Assembly: GCF_039654945.1 (NCBI RefSeq)
Contig: NW_027361797.1
Span: forward strand, 1,116,001-1,180,000
Source of the DNA: Dendrobates tinctorius
Taxonomy: Eukaryota
Direction: 5' to 3'
Length of the DNA: 64,000 bases
Positions 1-12,830 of this stretch are shown one piece after another. A program made the translations under genes and the position numbers. The first letter of the stretch is position 1; every line of letters starts with the position of its first letter. The notes below the pieces were generated by a model. That model was not told where the DNA came from. It made no database searches and worked only from the letters and a program-made list of their open reading frames with translations.

Positions 1-1851
1 TCCCACACCAGGACAGGCTAAGCGCATCATGACATAAACACACAGTGACAGTTCAGTGCTGACAGCTGTCAGTGACTAACTGAGTGATCACACCATTATC
101 GTGCAGCAGGTGCTGACAGCCCCTCTGCCTTTGGATCAGAGACCCCTTGGGATGACATGGGGTCCCGATCCTTGCCATAGTGACCCGATGTTGTCGTGAC
201 AACATCCGGGCCACCAGAGCTAGGAAACTTGCTGATTATGCGCAGTGCATGATCAGCAACTTTCCCTGTCAGTGCAATTTTTTTTAAATAATTGAAAAAT
301 ATTTTTTAAAAATCAAAAATAATAATAAAAATCAAAAAATATTGTATCTAAAAATAAATATTTGAATAAAAAAAACAATAAAAGTACACATATTTGGTAT
401 CAACGGGTCTGCAACGACCTGACCTATAAAACTGTCTCACTGGTTAACCCCTTTAGTGAACACCATAAAAAAATAAAAACCAAGGCAAAAAACAATACTT
501 TATCATCATAACACCAAACAAAATGTGGAATAAAACACGATAAAAAGACGGATATAAATAAACATGGTACCGCTGATCTTGTCCCGCAAAAGACTGTGTA
601 AAAGTGCCAAAACATAAAAAAACTATATAAATGAGGTATAGCTGTAATCATACTGACCCAAAGAATAAAACTGCCTTATAAATTTTACCACATGCAAAAC
701 GGCATAACCCCCCCAAAAAAAATCCTTAATTGCTGTTTTTGTTTGTTCTTCCTCCCATAAATCGGAATAGAAAGCGCCTAAAAAAGTCACGTACCCAAAA
801 ATAGTACCAATAAAAATGTCAACTCATCCCGCAAAAAACAAGCCATCACATGACTCTGTGGGCCAAAGTATGGAAAAATGATAGCTCTCAAAATATAGTG
901 ATGCAAAAACTGAGCACTTGTGCCAGGGTTTCCATGGAAATCTCTGAAATACATGACTTAGATGGAGCCTCTGGTGGAAGATTCCCTATAATGAGGCAGA
1001 TGGAGGCACCATGGACGCCATGTGACCTGTGATCCTTCGGTGTCCATCTTTTTACAATTGCATAAAATTGTCATCCGCCACAGTTTTGTGCACTTCTGAA
1101 AAGGACACCGCTGAACAGAGGCCAGATGGAGTCCAGAGTAGCTCTGCTGCCTCATTATAGTGAATGGATCCCTCGAATCACATCACTCAGAGATTTAGAT
1201 GGAAACCCCAAAGTAAGTGCTCACCGTAGAGCGCCAAATAAATGTGATCCCAAACATTATGTAAAATGTTCCCAATAAAAGCTTCAACTCAATCCACAAA
1301 AAAAATCAAAATCAAATCCCCACTCAGGTCTGTCATCTGGTAATGGAAATATAGAGGGCTTCCATGATATTGGTAGTACAAAGGCTCTGGAAAAGCTAAA
1401 TGGCTCCTCACCCGCCAAAAGAAATTCAACAAATTCTCTGCTCTCAAATCCAAATGCCCCCTTCCCTTCTGAGCGCCACAGTGTACCTAAACCACATATT
1501 GTGTCCACGTTTGACATTTCTGAAGTGATGAGAGCCCGCCTAACTTACAGTTGCATGCCTCCAGAAGCACTGGCTGGACATAGCATGCTGGTGACTACAA
1601 CGGACTGGTCACTACACTGTACTGGTCACTACAACGGCAGTTTGCAATTTTCACTTGGCAACATTTGTTGCTGCTTGTTTCTGGAAAATACCCATGGAGT
1701 CAAAATCGTCACTACACCTGTAGGTAAATTCCCCAAGGGGTATAGTTTCCAAAATGGGGTCACTTGAGGGGGATTCCAATCTTCTTGCAATTATGGGTTC
1801 TGTGTATGGAATCCAAAAACTGTTCTAGGAAAATCTGCACTCCAAGAGGTA

Positions 1852-3458
1852 CAGTGGGGAAAAAAAGTATTTAGTCAGTCAGCAATAGTGCAAGTTCCAC
1901 CACTTAAAAAGATGAGAGGCATCTGTAATTTACATCATAGGTAGACCTCAACTATGGGAGACAAACTGAGAAAAAAAATCCAGAAAATCACATTGTCTGT
2001 TTTTTTTTCATTTTATTTGCATATTATGGTGGAAAATAAGTATTTGGTCAGAAACAAGCAATCAAGATTTCTGGCTCTCACAGACCTGTAACTTCTTATT
2101 TAAGAGTCTCCTCTTTCCTCCACTCATTACCTGTAGTAATGGCACCTGTTTAAACTTGTTATCAGTATAAAAAGACACCTGTGCACACCCTCAAACAGTC
2201 TGACTCCAAACTCCACTATGGTGAAGACCAAAGAGCTGTCAAAGGACACCAGAAACAAAATTGTAGCCCTGCACCAGGCTGGGAAGACTGAATCTGCAAT
2301 AGCCAACCAGCTTGGAGTGAAGAAATCAACTGTGGGAGCAATAATTAGAAAATGGAAGACATACAAGACCACTGATAATCTCCCTCGATCTGGTGCTCCA
2401 CGCAAAATCCCACCCCGTGGGGTCAGAATGATCACAAGAACGGTGAGCAAAAATCCCAGAACCACGCGGGGGGACCTAGTGAATGAACTGCAGAGAGCTG
2501 GGACCAATGTAACAAGGCCTACCATAAGTAACACACTACGCCACCATGGACTCAGATCCTGCAGTTCCAGATGTGTCCCACTGCTTAAGCCTGTACATGT
2601 CCGGGCCCGTCTGAAGTTTGCTAGAGAGCATTTGGATGATCCAGAGGAGTTTTGGGAGAATGTCCTATGGTCTGATGAAACCAAACTGGAACTGTTTGGT
2701 AGAAACACAACTTGTCGTGTTTGGAGGAAAAAGAATCCTGAGTTGCATCCATCAAACACCATACCTACTGTAAAGCATGGTGGTGGAAACATCATGCTTT
2801 GGGGCTGTTTCTCTGCAAAGGGGCCAGGACGACTGATCCGGGTACATGAAAGAATGAATGGGGCCATGTATCATGAGATTTTGAGTGCAAACCTCCTTCC
2901 ATCAGCCACGGCATTGAAGATGAAATGTGGCTGGGTCTTTCAACATGACAATGATCCAAAGCACACCGCCAGGGCAACGAAGGAGTGGCTTCGTAAGAAG
3001 CATTTCAAGGTCCTGGAGTGGCCTAGCCAGTCTCCAGATCTCAACCCTATAGAAAACCTTTGGAGGGAGTTGAAAGTCCGTGTTGCCAAGCGAAAAGCCA
3101 AAAACATCACTGCTCTAGAGGAGATCTGCATGGAGGAATGGGCCAACATACCAACAACAGTGTGTGGCAACCTTGTGAAGACTTACAGAAAACGTTTGAC
3201 CTCTGTCATTGCCAACAAAGGATATATCACAAAGTATTGAGATGAAATTTTGCTTCTGACCAAATACTTATTTTCCACCATAATATGCAAATAAAATGAA
3301 AAAAAAAAACAGACAATGTGATTTTCTGGATTTTTTTTTCTCAGTTTGTCTCCCATAGTTGAGGTCTACCTATGATGTAAATTACAGACGCCTCTCATCT
3401 TTTTAAGTGGTGGAACTTGCACTATTGCTGACTGACTAAATACTTTTTTTCCCCACTG
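1852..3458 (+). mobile_element. Full-length Tc1/mariner DNA transposon, IR/DR type
   Basis: Nearly identical ~200-bp TIRs (1852-~2053 and ~3254-3458; CAGTGGGGAAAAAAAGTATTTAGTCAG...). Each TIR has an outer and an inner AAGTATTT(A/G)GTCAG direct repeat. TA on the left, AA on the right. Encloses one intact ORF. Confidence 0.95.
2218..3240 (+). CDS. Tc1 transposase, intact, 340 aa, DD34E
   Basis: N-terminal paired-like HTH, GAPRK linker, [28 protein letters not shown] and [11 protein letters not shown] motifs; 34 residues between the second D and the E. Confidence 0.95.
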   Translation: MVKTKELSKDTRNKIVALHQAGKTESAIANQLGVKKSTVGAIIRKWKTYKTTDNLPRSGAPRKIPPRGVRMITRTVSKNPRTTRGDLVNELQRAGTNVTRPTISNTLRHHGLRSCSSRCVPLLKPVHVRARLKFAREHLDDPEEFWENVLWSDETKLELFGRNTTCRVWRKKNPELHPSNTIPTVKHGGGNIMLWGCFSAKGPGRLIRVHERMNGAMYHEILSANLLPSATALKMKCGWVFQHDNDPKHTARATKEWLRKKHFKVLEWPSQSPDLNPIENLWRELKVRVAKRKAKNITALEEICMEEWANIPTTVCGNLVKTYRKRLTSVIANKGYITKY

Positions 3459-6037
3459 AAAATAGCGCTCCATCCCTCCTGAGTCTCTCCATATGGCTAA
3501 GTAGTACTATACAGCCACATACGGGATATTGCCATGTTCAGTAGAAATTGTGGGACAAATTTTGGTGCCATTTTTTCTCACACCTTGTGTGAAAATGTAA
3601 AATCTGGGGCTAAAATAAAATTTTGGTGGTAAAAATGTAGTTATTTATTCTTCATTGCCCAATGGTATAAAATTCTGTGACATACCCGTGGTGTCAATAT
3701 GATCACTGCACCCATTGCGAGGTGTAGTTTGTAAAATGGAGTCACTTATGGGGGGTTCTGCTGTTCTGGAACCTCATGGGCTCTCCCAGTGAGTCATGGC
3801 ACCTGCAAACCATAACAGTAAAATCTGGCCCTCATTTCCTTCTGAGCTTTGTACTGCACCTGAAAATTTTTTCCCGATTATATGTAGGGTATTGACGCAC
3901 TCAGGAGAAAATAGACCTCGGTTTGTTGTAAAAAAAATTCCTATTAGCCTTTTGAAAAATAAAAAAAATTGAGGCTAAAGCATCATTTTAGTGGTATAAA
4001 TGTAATTTATTCTTTCTTCACCGCTCAGTGGTATAAAATTCTGTCCAATATGATCACTACACCACTAGATTAATTCATTGGGGAGTGTAGTTTGTAAAAT
4101 GAGTTCATATATAGGGGGTTTCTGTTGATCTGACACCCCAGGGGCTCTGCCAATGTGACATGGCACCCTCAAACCATTCCAGTAAAATCTGAACTCTAAT
4201 ATGGTGCCTCTTCCCTTCTGAGCTTTGCACTGCTCCTCAAAAAGTAGTATTCCCCACATATGGGGTATCGACGTACTCAAGAGAAATTGTATGGTGCAAT
4301 TTCTCCTGTTACCCTTATGAAAATGCAATACTTTTTGCTAAAAATATATTTGTGGGGAATTTTTTTTTCTTTTTAATTTTTACGGCTAAACTTTATAAAC
4401 TTCTGTGAAGCACCTAAGGGCTTAATGTGCTTACCACACATCTAGATCAGTTCCCTGAGGGGTCTGGTTTCCAAAATGTTGTCATTTGTGGGGGATTTTC
4501 ACTGTTTAGGCACATCAGGGGCTCTCCAAACGCAACTTGGCATCCGCCAATTGTTCAAGCAAATTTTGCATTCAAAAAGTCAAATGGCGCTCCTTCCCTT
4601 CCGAGTTCTGCCTTGTGTCCAAACAGTGGCTTTCTCCCTCATATTGGGTATCGGCATGCTCAGAAGAAATTACACAACAAATTTTGGGGTCCATTTTTTC
4701 CTGTTACCCTTGTCAAAATAAAAAAAAAATTGGATCTGAAGTAATTTTTTTGTGAAAAAAAAAGGTAAATGTTCATTTTTTTTTCCACATTCCAAAAATT
4801 AAATTCCTGTGAAGCCCTGAAGGGTTAATAAACTTCTTGAATATGGTTTTGAGCACCTTCAGGGGTGCAATTTTTAGAATGGTGTCACTTATGAGTATCT
4901 ACTATCATATAGAACCCTCAAAGGGACTTTAAATGTGATGTGGTCCCTTAAAAAAATGGTTTTGTAAATTTTGTTGTAAAAATGAGAAATCACCGGCCAA
5001 ATTTTAACCCTTATAACTTCCGAACAAAAAAAAGTTGGTTACAAAAAATTGTGCTGATGTAAAGTAGACATGTGAGAAATGTTGCTTAAGTATTTTGTGT
5101 GCCATATCTCTGTGATTTAAAGGCATGAAAATTCAAAGTTGGAAAATTGTGAAATTTTAAAATTTTTTGCCAAATTTCCGTTCTTTTCATAAATAAACGC
5201 AAGTCATATCAAAGAAATCTTACCACTATCATGAATTACAATATGTCATGAGAAAACAGTCTCTGAATCACCGGAATCCGTTGAAGTGTTCCGGAGTTAT
5301 TACCTCATAAAGTGACAGTGGTCAGAATTGTAAAAAATAGTCCCTTTCATTAACGTGCAAACCACCTTTGGGGGTAAAGAAGTTTAGAAGAAAAAACGCA
5401 TAATCCTCTTTTGTGGACCTGGAATTGCCTTTCATTTACCAGCAGCTCGGATTTTCCACTATTTTTTCCTTGTACGTATCTGTATCTGGTCCCAGGACCC
5501 AGAGGTTTTTTAAGCAATTTTTATTACAGCACATAAATCGTATGGCGGCCATGCCACACGTACTGTACTCTACCTAGAATCTCCTCTAAGAAGTAACTAC
5601 ACCCCTAGTATGCTACTAGTACTCACAGATGAAAGCTGCCTTTCTAGCTGCATGGCCAAGCGCCTGTTCAGCTTGCAAACTCCATCCTGGCACAGTGATG
5701 GTCACATTGGTCAATGTAGTGTAGATGGACCTGGGATGATGTCACTGTCACAGGACCTGAGAGGTGGAGCTTGTGTGCAGAGACTGGGAAAGAAAGTGAA
5801 ACAGACCGTCTCCTCATGTGGTTGGTGTTCTCTCAACCTGGGGAATTCTGGGAGACAGTTGTAGTTCCAGTTAGTATATACCCTCTCTGTAATATCACTG
5901 TCACATAGCATGGACATAATTGAATTGTAGTTCTCCTCACATCTCCTCCCTCCCTGTAATGTAATTTTCAGACTGTAATTTTCTCTACTATTACACAACA
6001 GCCTGGGATTCTGGGACCTGACATCTGACATCCCATA

Positions 6038-9020
6038 GTGGTATTGAAAGCTTACAGTCCGTCTTCCCTTCCCCAAGTTGAAAGACTGCAGGCGAGTTCA
6101 ATCTGCAAGACTATCAGCAAAGCTTCCAAGCAGCTTGCAAATAAAATGGGATTCTTGATGATTCATGTATTTTGTGATGCAAAGAATCTCACTCTGAGTG
6201 CAAACACATTTCCCGTACGTATCATATATCATATCATATTGCTTATGCTTTTTCTTTCAATGATGCATTTAAGCCTTCTAAGTGCAATGACGTAAATTAT
6301 TGTGGCGCCCCTGAGGCACAGTCGCCACAGAGGTACTGCACCTTCTCCTAAGGTGTAGTGCCCCACCATCCAGGTAAGGTGGGAACTCCTTTCCACGCTC
6401 CAACACCCGCACCCCACACACACACAGGGTAGTTCTGCACAGCCACAAGTGGCTCTGTACTTAGTGAGTAGCAGAGCACCTTTGGTGGTTCCCTGCTTGG
6501 AACACTGGACGTGCTGGGAGGTGGGTGGAGTTAAGGCATATAAAAGACTGGGAAGGTTTAGAATTACAGGTCAGTCTGACAAGGAGTCAGTCCGTCTAGA
6601 GTCAGATAGAAGGTCGGCGGAGTAGTAGGACACTCCAGGAGGAGTGAGGATCCCTGGAAGAAGGGATGGAGGAAGGAGTTCTGCAGCTGCCTCAGTGATC
6701 TGAGCCAACTGGCACAGGAAAGGAGAGAAAGGAGAAAGATGTAGAACTGTAACCTAAGTTTCCATAAGAAAGAGAGTCAAGTACGGAACGAAGGAGTAGA
6801 GAACAGAGAGGAGACGTGGGTTGGAAGAGGAACCCTGCCTATAGGTTCTCAGCGCAAGGCCGAGGCCCGGTCCCCGAGGTTGTATGGACACTTATGGTTC
6901 TGCAGCAGACACCGGTGGAGTAGTTGGCTGTAAATGCACTACTCCCATCTAAGACTTGGGGCACAACAGCATCTGTATAGAGAGCCGGGACTCAGGAGAA
7001 GGGAGTCCCCAAAGCAGGCTACAGCTGTCTGCCATACGAGTAGAGAACACAGGAACATCTGTAAGGAGGAACTCCAGCGTAACTTAGTGCTAAGAGATCT
7101 TCACACTTAAAGGCGCAATAGAGGAGACCTTCAGAATGGTACATGTTGGCGGAGTGTTGGAGAGGAGCCTTTCATCTTGCCTGGGGGTTGACTGAGTCCC
7201 TGACCCAGAGGACAAAGCACGGAGGCAGGCACCTGTGTGCCCTACTGACTGTGAGTAAAGCGTTGGAACTACAGACCCTGGTGTCCTCCTTTCATTATCG
7301 CGCCTACACCCTCAGCACCACTACATCTGGGTACCAGCTCCTATACCGCCTGCGCCTCTCCTCATCCATTAATACTACTCTGCCCTGGGGCTACAGCTTC
7401 ACCTGTGGGGAGCTACACCATCTATGCTGCAACACACCACCAGCCCCAGAGGATCTGCATGCAGCGTCGGCCTAACATCCCACTTGCCGAACACCACGGG
7501 TGGCGACACGAACTATTACACTACAAATCGCAACCGCCATTGATTTGGGCGCCCAGGGCCACGGACCGGGTCACTGCTGCTGTGACACATCCAGCTGACA
7601 CCGGCCCGGTACCGAGTACCCCACGGCCCTGGGAGGGCGACCCATTATCATCATGTGAGTCCGAACGGTCACAGAGAACTGTTGCAATGCAATGTTCAGG
7701 GAACACTCGAGAAAAGATTTTGCAATAACATTCTAGCAATGTCATTACAATGTGCTGGTTCCGTTGATAAATATCAGACTGATAAGATTTATGCTTATTC
7801 TTAGGAGCCCTCCAGGAGCGAAGGGGGTGTTGTCCGTAATAAGTGACGACATGGAAAGAAAGTGTAGGAGAGAAGGCAACCAATCTGGAAGTCATTTTAC
7901 AGAATATGTCATCGATTGTCACAGATGGAGTGACCTTAATTATAGGTGAAAAGGTGGGACTGTGAACCCTACTGAAAGAATTAGCGAGGTCAAGCAGTCT
8001 GACAAATGCCCAAGGCAGTATGCCTCCACCTCTTGTTAAGATATGGTGCTGCGTACATAGGTCAAACCTAGCTTGGAGAAGTGTCTGCAATACATTTCCA
8101 GAACTGAATATCATGTTTCAGAATCTGTCTTCAATTCGCAGTGTTTTCCACATGTCTGGACTCAGAACCAGGGAACTGCACATTATAGCTAAGGTGAATA
8201 ATATTGATTTAGTCAGTCTTCCTGAAATGTTTGAGGTTCGCTGGCCTGAATTTACACATGTCTGTGCTACGGTCTTAGCAGGCTTTTGTTTTGTACTCCA
8301 CGTAAAACCATGCCGATAGCTCTTGCTATGGTCACCTAAAATTTCTCTGCGCGGAGGACAACTTAGGATTTTGTGCATTTCTGGCTAATGTACTGTCAGT
8401 CTTCAGCAGGTATCAGAAAGCACTTCAGTCAAATTCTACCAATATTGTTGACATGGCTAGACTGATTAAATTTGTGAATTCAAAAATAGCATCCATTGCT
8501 GAAGATCTCATCTTGGGAGGGTGGACATCGACACTCATAGAAAGCATTACTATACTACACTGTGGTTTGAGACAGCTGAAGGGCGTTGATCTGACTTCCG
8601 GATATGGTTGCAGCTTCGGATCATCATCACCAAAAAGAAGTAGGGTCCGGGACACAATTTCTATGTTACTGTTATGAGGGACTTAACCGCCTTATTCATG
8701 GAGGTGAAGGATGACCTCATAACTTTCTTCAGCAACCATTTCTATCAAGATGAAAAGATGATTGACATTTTGAAGCCATTTGCGATCTGTCCAAGGATGC
8801 AGATATGAAGGCTGTAATTAATACTATTGGCAGTGATCTTGATCTATCAGAAATAGAACTTGCGTATCGAGACCTAAGAGTTTACAAAATAAAGACATTC
8901 TCCTTGGCAATACACTTGCAGGAAAAGTGAAATATTTTGCCTTTTCAGCAAATTACAAAAATCTAGCAACTCTTTTTGGTCGTAACCTTGTGGCTAAGCC
9001 TCACAATGCTGATGTCAGCG
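6038..9020 (+). pseudogene. Decayed hAT-superfamily transposase, split by the solo LTR
   Basis: Broken ORF pieces: VFCDAKNLTLSANTFP (6038-6295), IVTDG near 7915-7930, the CxxH motif WCCVHRSNLA and EVRW (8020-8319), and a C-terminal LVAKPHNADV dimerisation-like motif (8927-9020). Confidence 0.6.
6301..7644 (+). mobile_element. Solo LTR, probably Gypsy/Ty3
   Basis: TG...CA termini with short inverted ends (TGTGGCGCCC / GGGCGACCCA), a 4-bp TSD TTAT (6297-6300 and 7645-7648), TATA-like TATAAAA near 6539 and AGTAAA near 7254. Confidence 0.75.
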
Positions 9021-9775
9021 CATGCTTAGCAACTAGCGGTGACATCACAGAGCCTGTGCATGCTGCTTCTCTTTCATTCCCCTGTAGTTTACAGTCGGAG
9101 CGGTCGCATTAGCAGCGCTCCGGCTGTAAACTGATTAAACTCCCGAGATGGATTTACGCCGTGGGAAGTGACTGAGCGCCGGACAGGCATGGATATTGTT
9201 GGTTTATTATTTTATAATTTTTTACAGGAGAACGATGGCGTCGATATGAAATTAGTAGTATAATAAAGCTTTAAACACTGTGTGTAGTGTATTCTTTCAT
9301 TAAAATACTTTGTTCTTATTGTGTGTGTGTTTATTTAATTCTTTAATAACTCTAGGATTAGTAATGGATAGGTGTCTTATTGACACAGCTCCATTACTAA
9401 TCCGGGCTTAATGTCACCTTACAATAGAAAGGTGACATTAACCCCTTATGACCCCACTTGCCACCGCTACAGGGCAGTGGGAAGAACCCTACAAAGCTCC
9501 AGAATAGGCGCATCTAATAAATGCGCCTTTTCTGGGCAGCTGTGGGCTGCTGTTTTAGGCTGTGGGGGGTCAAGATCAATGGCCCCTTACCAGCCTGATA
9601 ATAGCAGCCCCCAGCTGTGAGTTTTGCCGGGTTGGTTCACAAACAGAGGGGGACCCCACGTTGGGTTTTTATTCATTCTTTCTCTCCTGTTCGCTGTTGC
9701 CGACAGAGCAGGAGAGAACAATGACAGCCGCGTTCAGCACCAGCCACCGGGGAACAGCGGCTTACTGTAGTGTTT

Positions 9776-9905
9776 ATAATAATAATAATAATCTTTATAT
9801 AGCGCTAACATATTCCGCAGCGCTTTACAGTTTGCACACATTTTCATCACTGTCCCCGATGGGGCTCACAATCTAAATTCCCTATCAGTATGTCTTTTGG
9901 AGTGT

Positions 9906-9936
<31 letters not shown>

Positions 9937-10046
9937 ACGCAAACACGGGGAGAACATACAAACTCCTTGCAGATGTTGTCCTTGGTGGGATTCGAACCCA
10001 GGACCCCAGCGCTGCAGCAGCGCTAACCACTGAGCCACCGTGCTGC
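9776..10046 (-). mobile_element. tRNA-derived SINE (V-SINE-like) with an L2-type 3' tail
   Basis: Minus strand has A-box TGGCTCAGTGG, B-box GGTTCGAATCC, the core GTTTGTATGTTCTCCCCGTGTTTGCGTGGGTTTCCTCCGG, the tail TGTAAAGCGCTGCGGAATATGTTAGCGCTATATAAA and an (ATT)n end. Confidence 0.9.
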
Positions 10047-11227
10047 GTTTCTTCCCCAGTGGCCGACCTTGTGGTCCTGATGCGGCACCCGGTTGCCACA
10101 CAGATGTACCACGTATCCACACGGACACTGATAGCTCCGGTACCGTTTTTTCCGGTACCGGAATTATCTGGATGTGTGAGACTGCCCTCAGGTAAACTCT
10201 GTCTGACCAACTCAACTCCCCCAGCTGTTTTTACATTTTTAATTGTGTATTTTTTATGAACTTTTTTGCTCTGAATAGTCACTATTTTTTCAGACATGAA
10301 AAATTTTTTCATTAAATAATTTGATCAATTTGCCCTTTTTTCCAAAAATGTTTTATGGTTTCACATATGTCTTGCATTAGTGGCCAAACTCCTTGTATTG
10401 TTCATGCTTGCATGGAGGAAGCAAAGCTGAACTTTGGCATCCTGAAAAATGCAGCAAGCAAAGCAGCAAAAAAGCAGAAAAACATGCTTTTTGTTTGCAG
10501 ATTTTTATAAACTGCCAATAGAACAGGTTTTGGCTGCAGAAAAAAAGATCAAAAAGCAACGTGTGAACATAGGCTTAAAGTCTTATTCCCCTTCTCTTGT
10601 AGATAACCATTCCCTCAGTCAGGATCCTCCATCCATATGTGCTAATCTGTCACTTATAAAGCTGCCTTTGTTGTATTTTTTGTACCTTATGTTGCATGTT
10701 TATGTTATATCATTATTAATACATTACGTGCGAGAATAGAATGCCTCGTCTGTCGCCAAATTAATGTAATATAGCATGACTTAGCATTTTTTATTTCATG
10801 TGTTTTTTCCTGGCATATACAAGTGTTTAGCATGACAGGCACTATTTCATCAGAGGAGTGCAGCGACGGGCGCACTCTCAAATAAATTATCAGCTGGACA
10901 CATTAAAACGTTATCACTACTGACGAACGAGGCGTATGTGATCTCGCATTTCCAGGTTTTTGGGTGTGGGTAACCTCAAGTGCACTTCTAGAGCTAAATG
11001 GCCGTAAGCCAAAAATAAACTGTGCAGAGGCTATGTGGTTTAATTATACAGTATTATTATTCATTATTTCACTTATAAGACATATGAAGGTATAGACCGA
11101 ACGCTCTAAATACCTAATATCAAATGACCATAATTAGCATTTACTTAAATTGCATTTGTTTAATAAAACTATAATATGTCCAAGGTCATACACAATAGAA
11201 TAGCTGCGTACATACAAAAACACCGTA

Positions 11228-11599
11228 CAGCACCACTCCAGTGTCGTTCTTTTCAGCACTGGAGTGGCGCTTTAATCCAAGCCACCTGCCTCCTATCATA
11301 TACTCAACCTCCAGCATTTTTACGGGTTTTTTTGGTGCCGCTACAGTCTCCCGGCACCATCTTGTGAGCGCAGCTTCTGACTGTCCAGAAGTCAGAAGCT
11401 ACATAACAAGAGCGCAATGCAAGTCTATGAGAGGCAGAACGAGGCCACAACGAGACTCCCATAAACTTGAATTGTAAAGTGACCTCCGCACAGCTCAATG
11501 AAACACTGAAGCTGCCGGCAGGTGAGTATGAGGCAGGGGACTTACATTTAAAGCACCACTCTAGCGGTGCAATCAAAAAAATGCTGGAGTGGTGCTTAA
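11228..11599. mobile_element. MITE (T2/Kolobok-like) with AGCACCACTCCAG...CTGGAGTGGTGCT ends
   Basis: Terminal and subterminal inverted repeats. A relative in the opposite orientation at about 16900-22110 hosts the Helitron. Confidence 0.6.
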
Positions 11600-12034
11600 T
11601 TTACACTTAGGCGCTTAGGCTTCATGGGCAGCGCAGCGCAGTGCGCAGGAGGCTGTAGGGAGACACACGGAGCCCCTGGTGAACCTCTTTCAGTAGAACA
11701 AGCCACAATTTTTTTTCTAAGCATACAGACATATATTATAACCTCCTAGAAACCTGCGGGTACCCATTTATGGTCCCATACTCAGTGGTTAGATTGTGGT
11801 AGGAACATTTGTAATCCCTGTAGATTTAGGCCTCAGACATATGTGTTGCATGGATATGTCGTATCCATTTTTTCATGGATTGATCACGTACGCATTATAA
11901 TCTAGGGGGCTGATCACATGTCCATATTTTCTTTGTGTCTACGGGTCTGTGAAAAATACATACAGCACATGGATGGCGTGTGTGTGTCGTCTGTGTTTAA
12001 CACTGCAAAGTATAGGAGAAGCATGGTAAAAAAA

Positions 12035-12830
12035 CACTGATGGCACACTGATGGTAAAAACAGACACACTGATGACACACTGATGGTAAAAACGGACACA
12101 CGGACCACACACTGACACACTGATGGTAAAAACAGACACACGGACCACACACTGATGGTAAAAACGGACACACGGACCATACACTGGTGGTAAAAACAGA
12201 CACACGGACCACACACTGACACACTGATGGTAAAAACGGACACACGGACCACACACTGATGGTAAAAACAGACACACGGACCACACACTGACACACTGAT
12301 GGTAAAAACGGACACACGGACCACACACTGATGGCAAAAACAGACACACGGACCACTCACTGATGGTAAAAACAGACACACGGACCACACACTGACACAC
12401 TGATGGTAAAAACGGACACACGGACCACACACTGATGGTAAAAACAGACACACGGACCACACACTGATGGTAAAAACAGACACACGGACCACACACTGAT
12501 GGTAAAAACGGACACACGGACCACACACTGATGGTAAAAACGGACACACGGACCACACACTCATGACACACTGATGGCAAAAATGGACACACAGACCTCA
12601 CACGGATAACACACTGACACACTGATGGTAAAAACGGACATACGGACTACACACTGATGACACACTGATGGTAAAAACAGACACACGGAGCACACACTGT
12701 TGGTAAAAACAGACACACAGACTACACACGGATGACACACTGATCGCAAAAACGGACACACGGACCACACAGGGATAACACCCTGATGGTAAACATGGAC
12801 ACACTGATGCACAACACTGATGACACTGGC
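12035..12830. repeat. Minisatellite, 32-bp unit ACACTGATGGTAAAAAC(A/G)GACACACGGACCAC with 40-bp variants, inside a MITE-like element
   Basis: Periodicity visible directly (units at 12431 and 12463); some units carry an extra ACTGACAC. Confidence 0.9.

Larger units (their letters stand above)
1..5385. mobile_element. Large AT-rich non-autonomous DNA-transposon-like repeat (probably TTAA/piggyBac-type) that hosts the Tc1 insertion; boundaries approximate
   Basis: Sequence at about 300-1500 recurs with clear similarity at about 61600-64000, and 4800-5380 recurs at 21480-22040. No coding capacity. It reads through across the Tc1 insertion site (tccaagagg-TA-aatagcgctcc). Confidence 0.55.

Noticed and set aside
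2127-2867. 246-aa antisense ORF
   Set aside because: Shadow of the Tc1 transposase on the opposite strand with no recognisable domain.
9975-10046. Possible tRNA gene
   Set aside because: The A and B boxes belong to the SINE head; there is no complete cloverleaf and the sequence continues into the SINE core.
11914-12812. Cys/Val-rich repetitive ORFs
   Set aside because: Translations of the 32-bp minisatellite.
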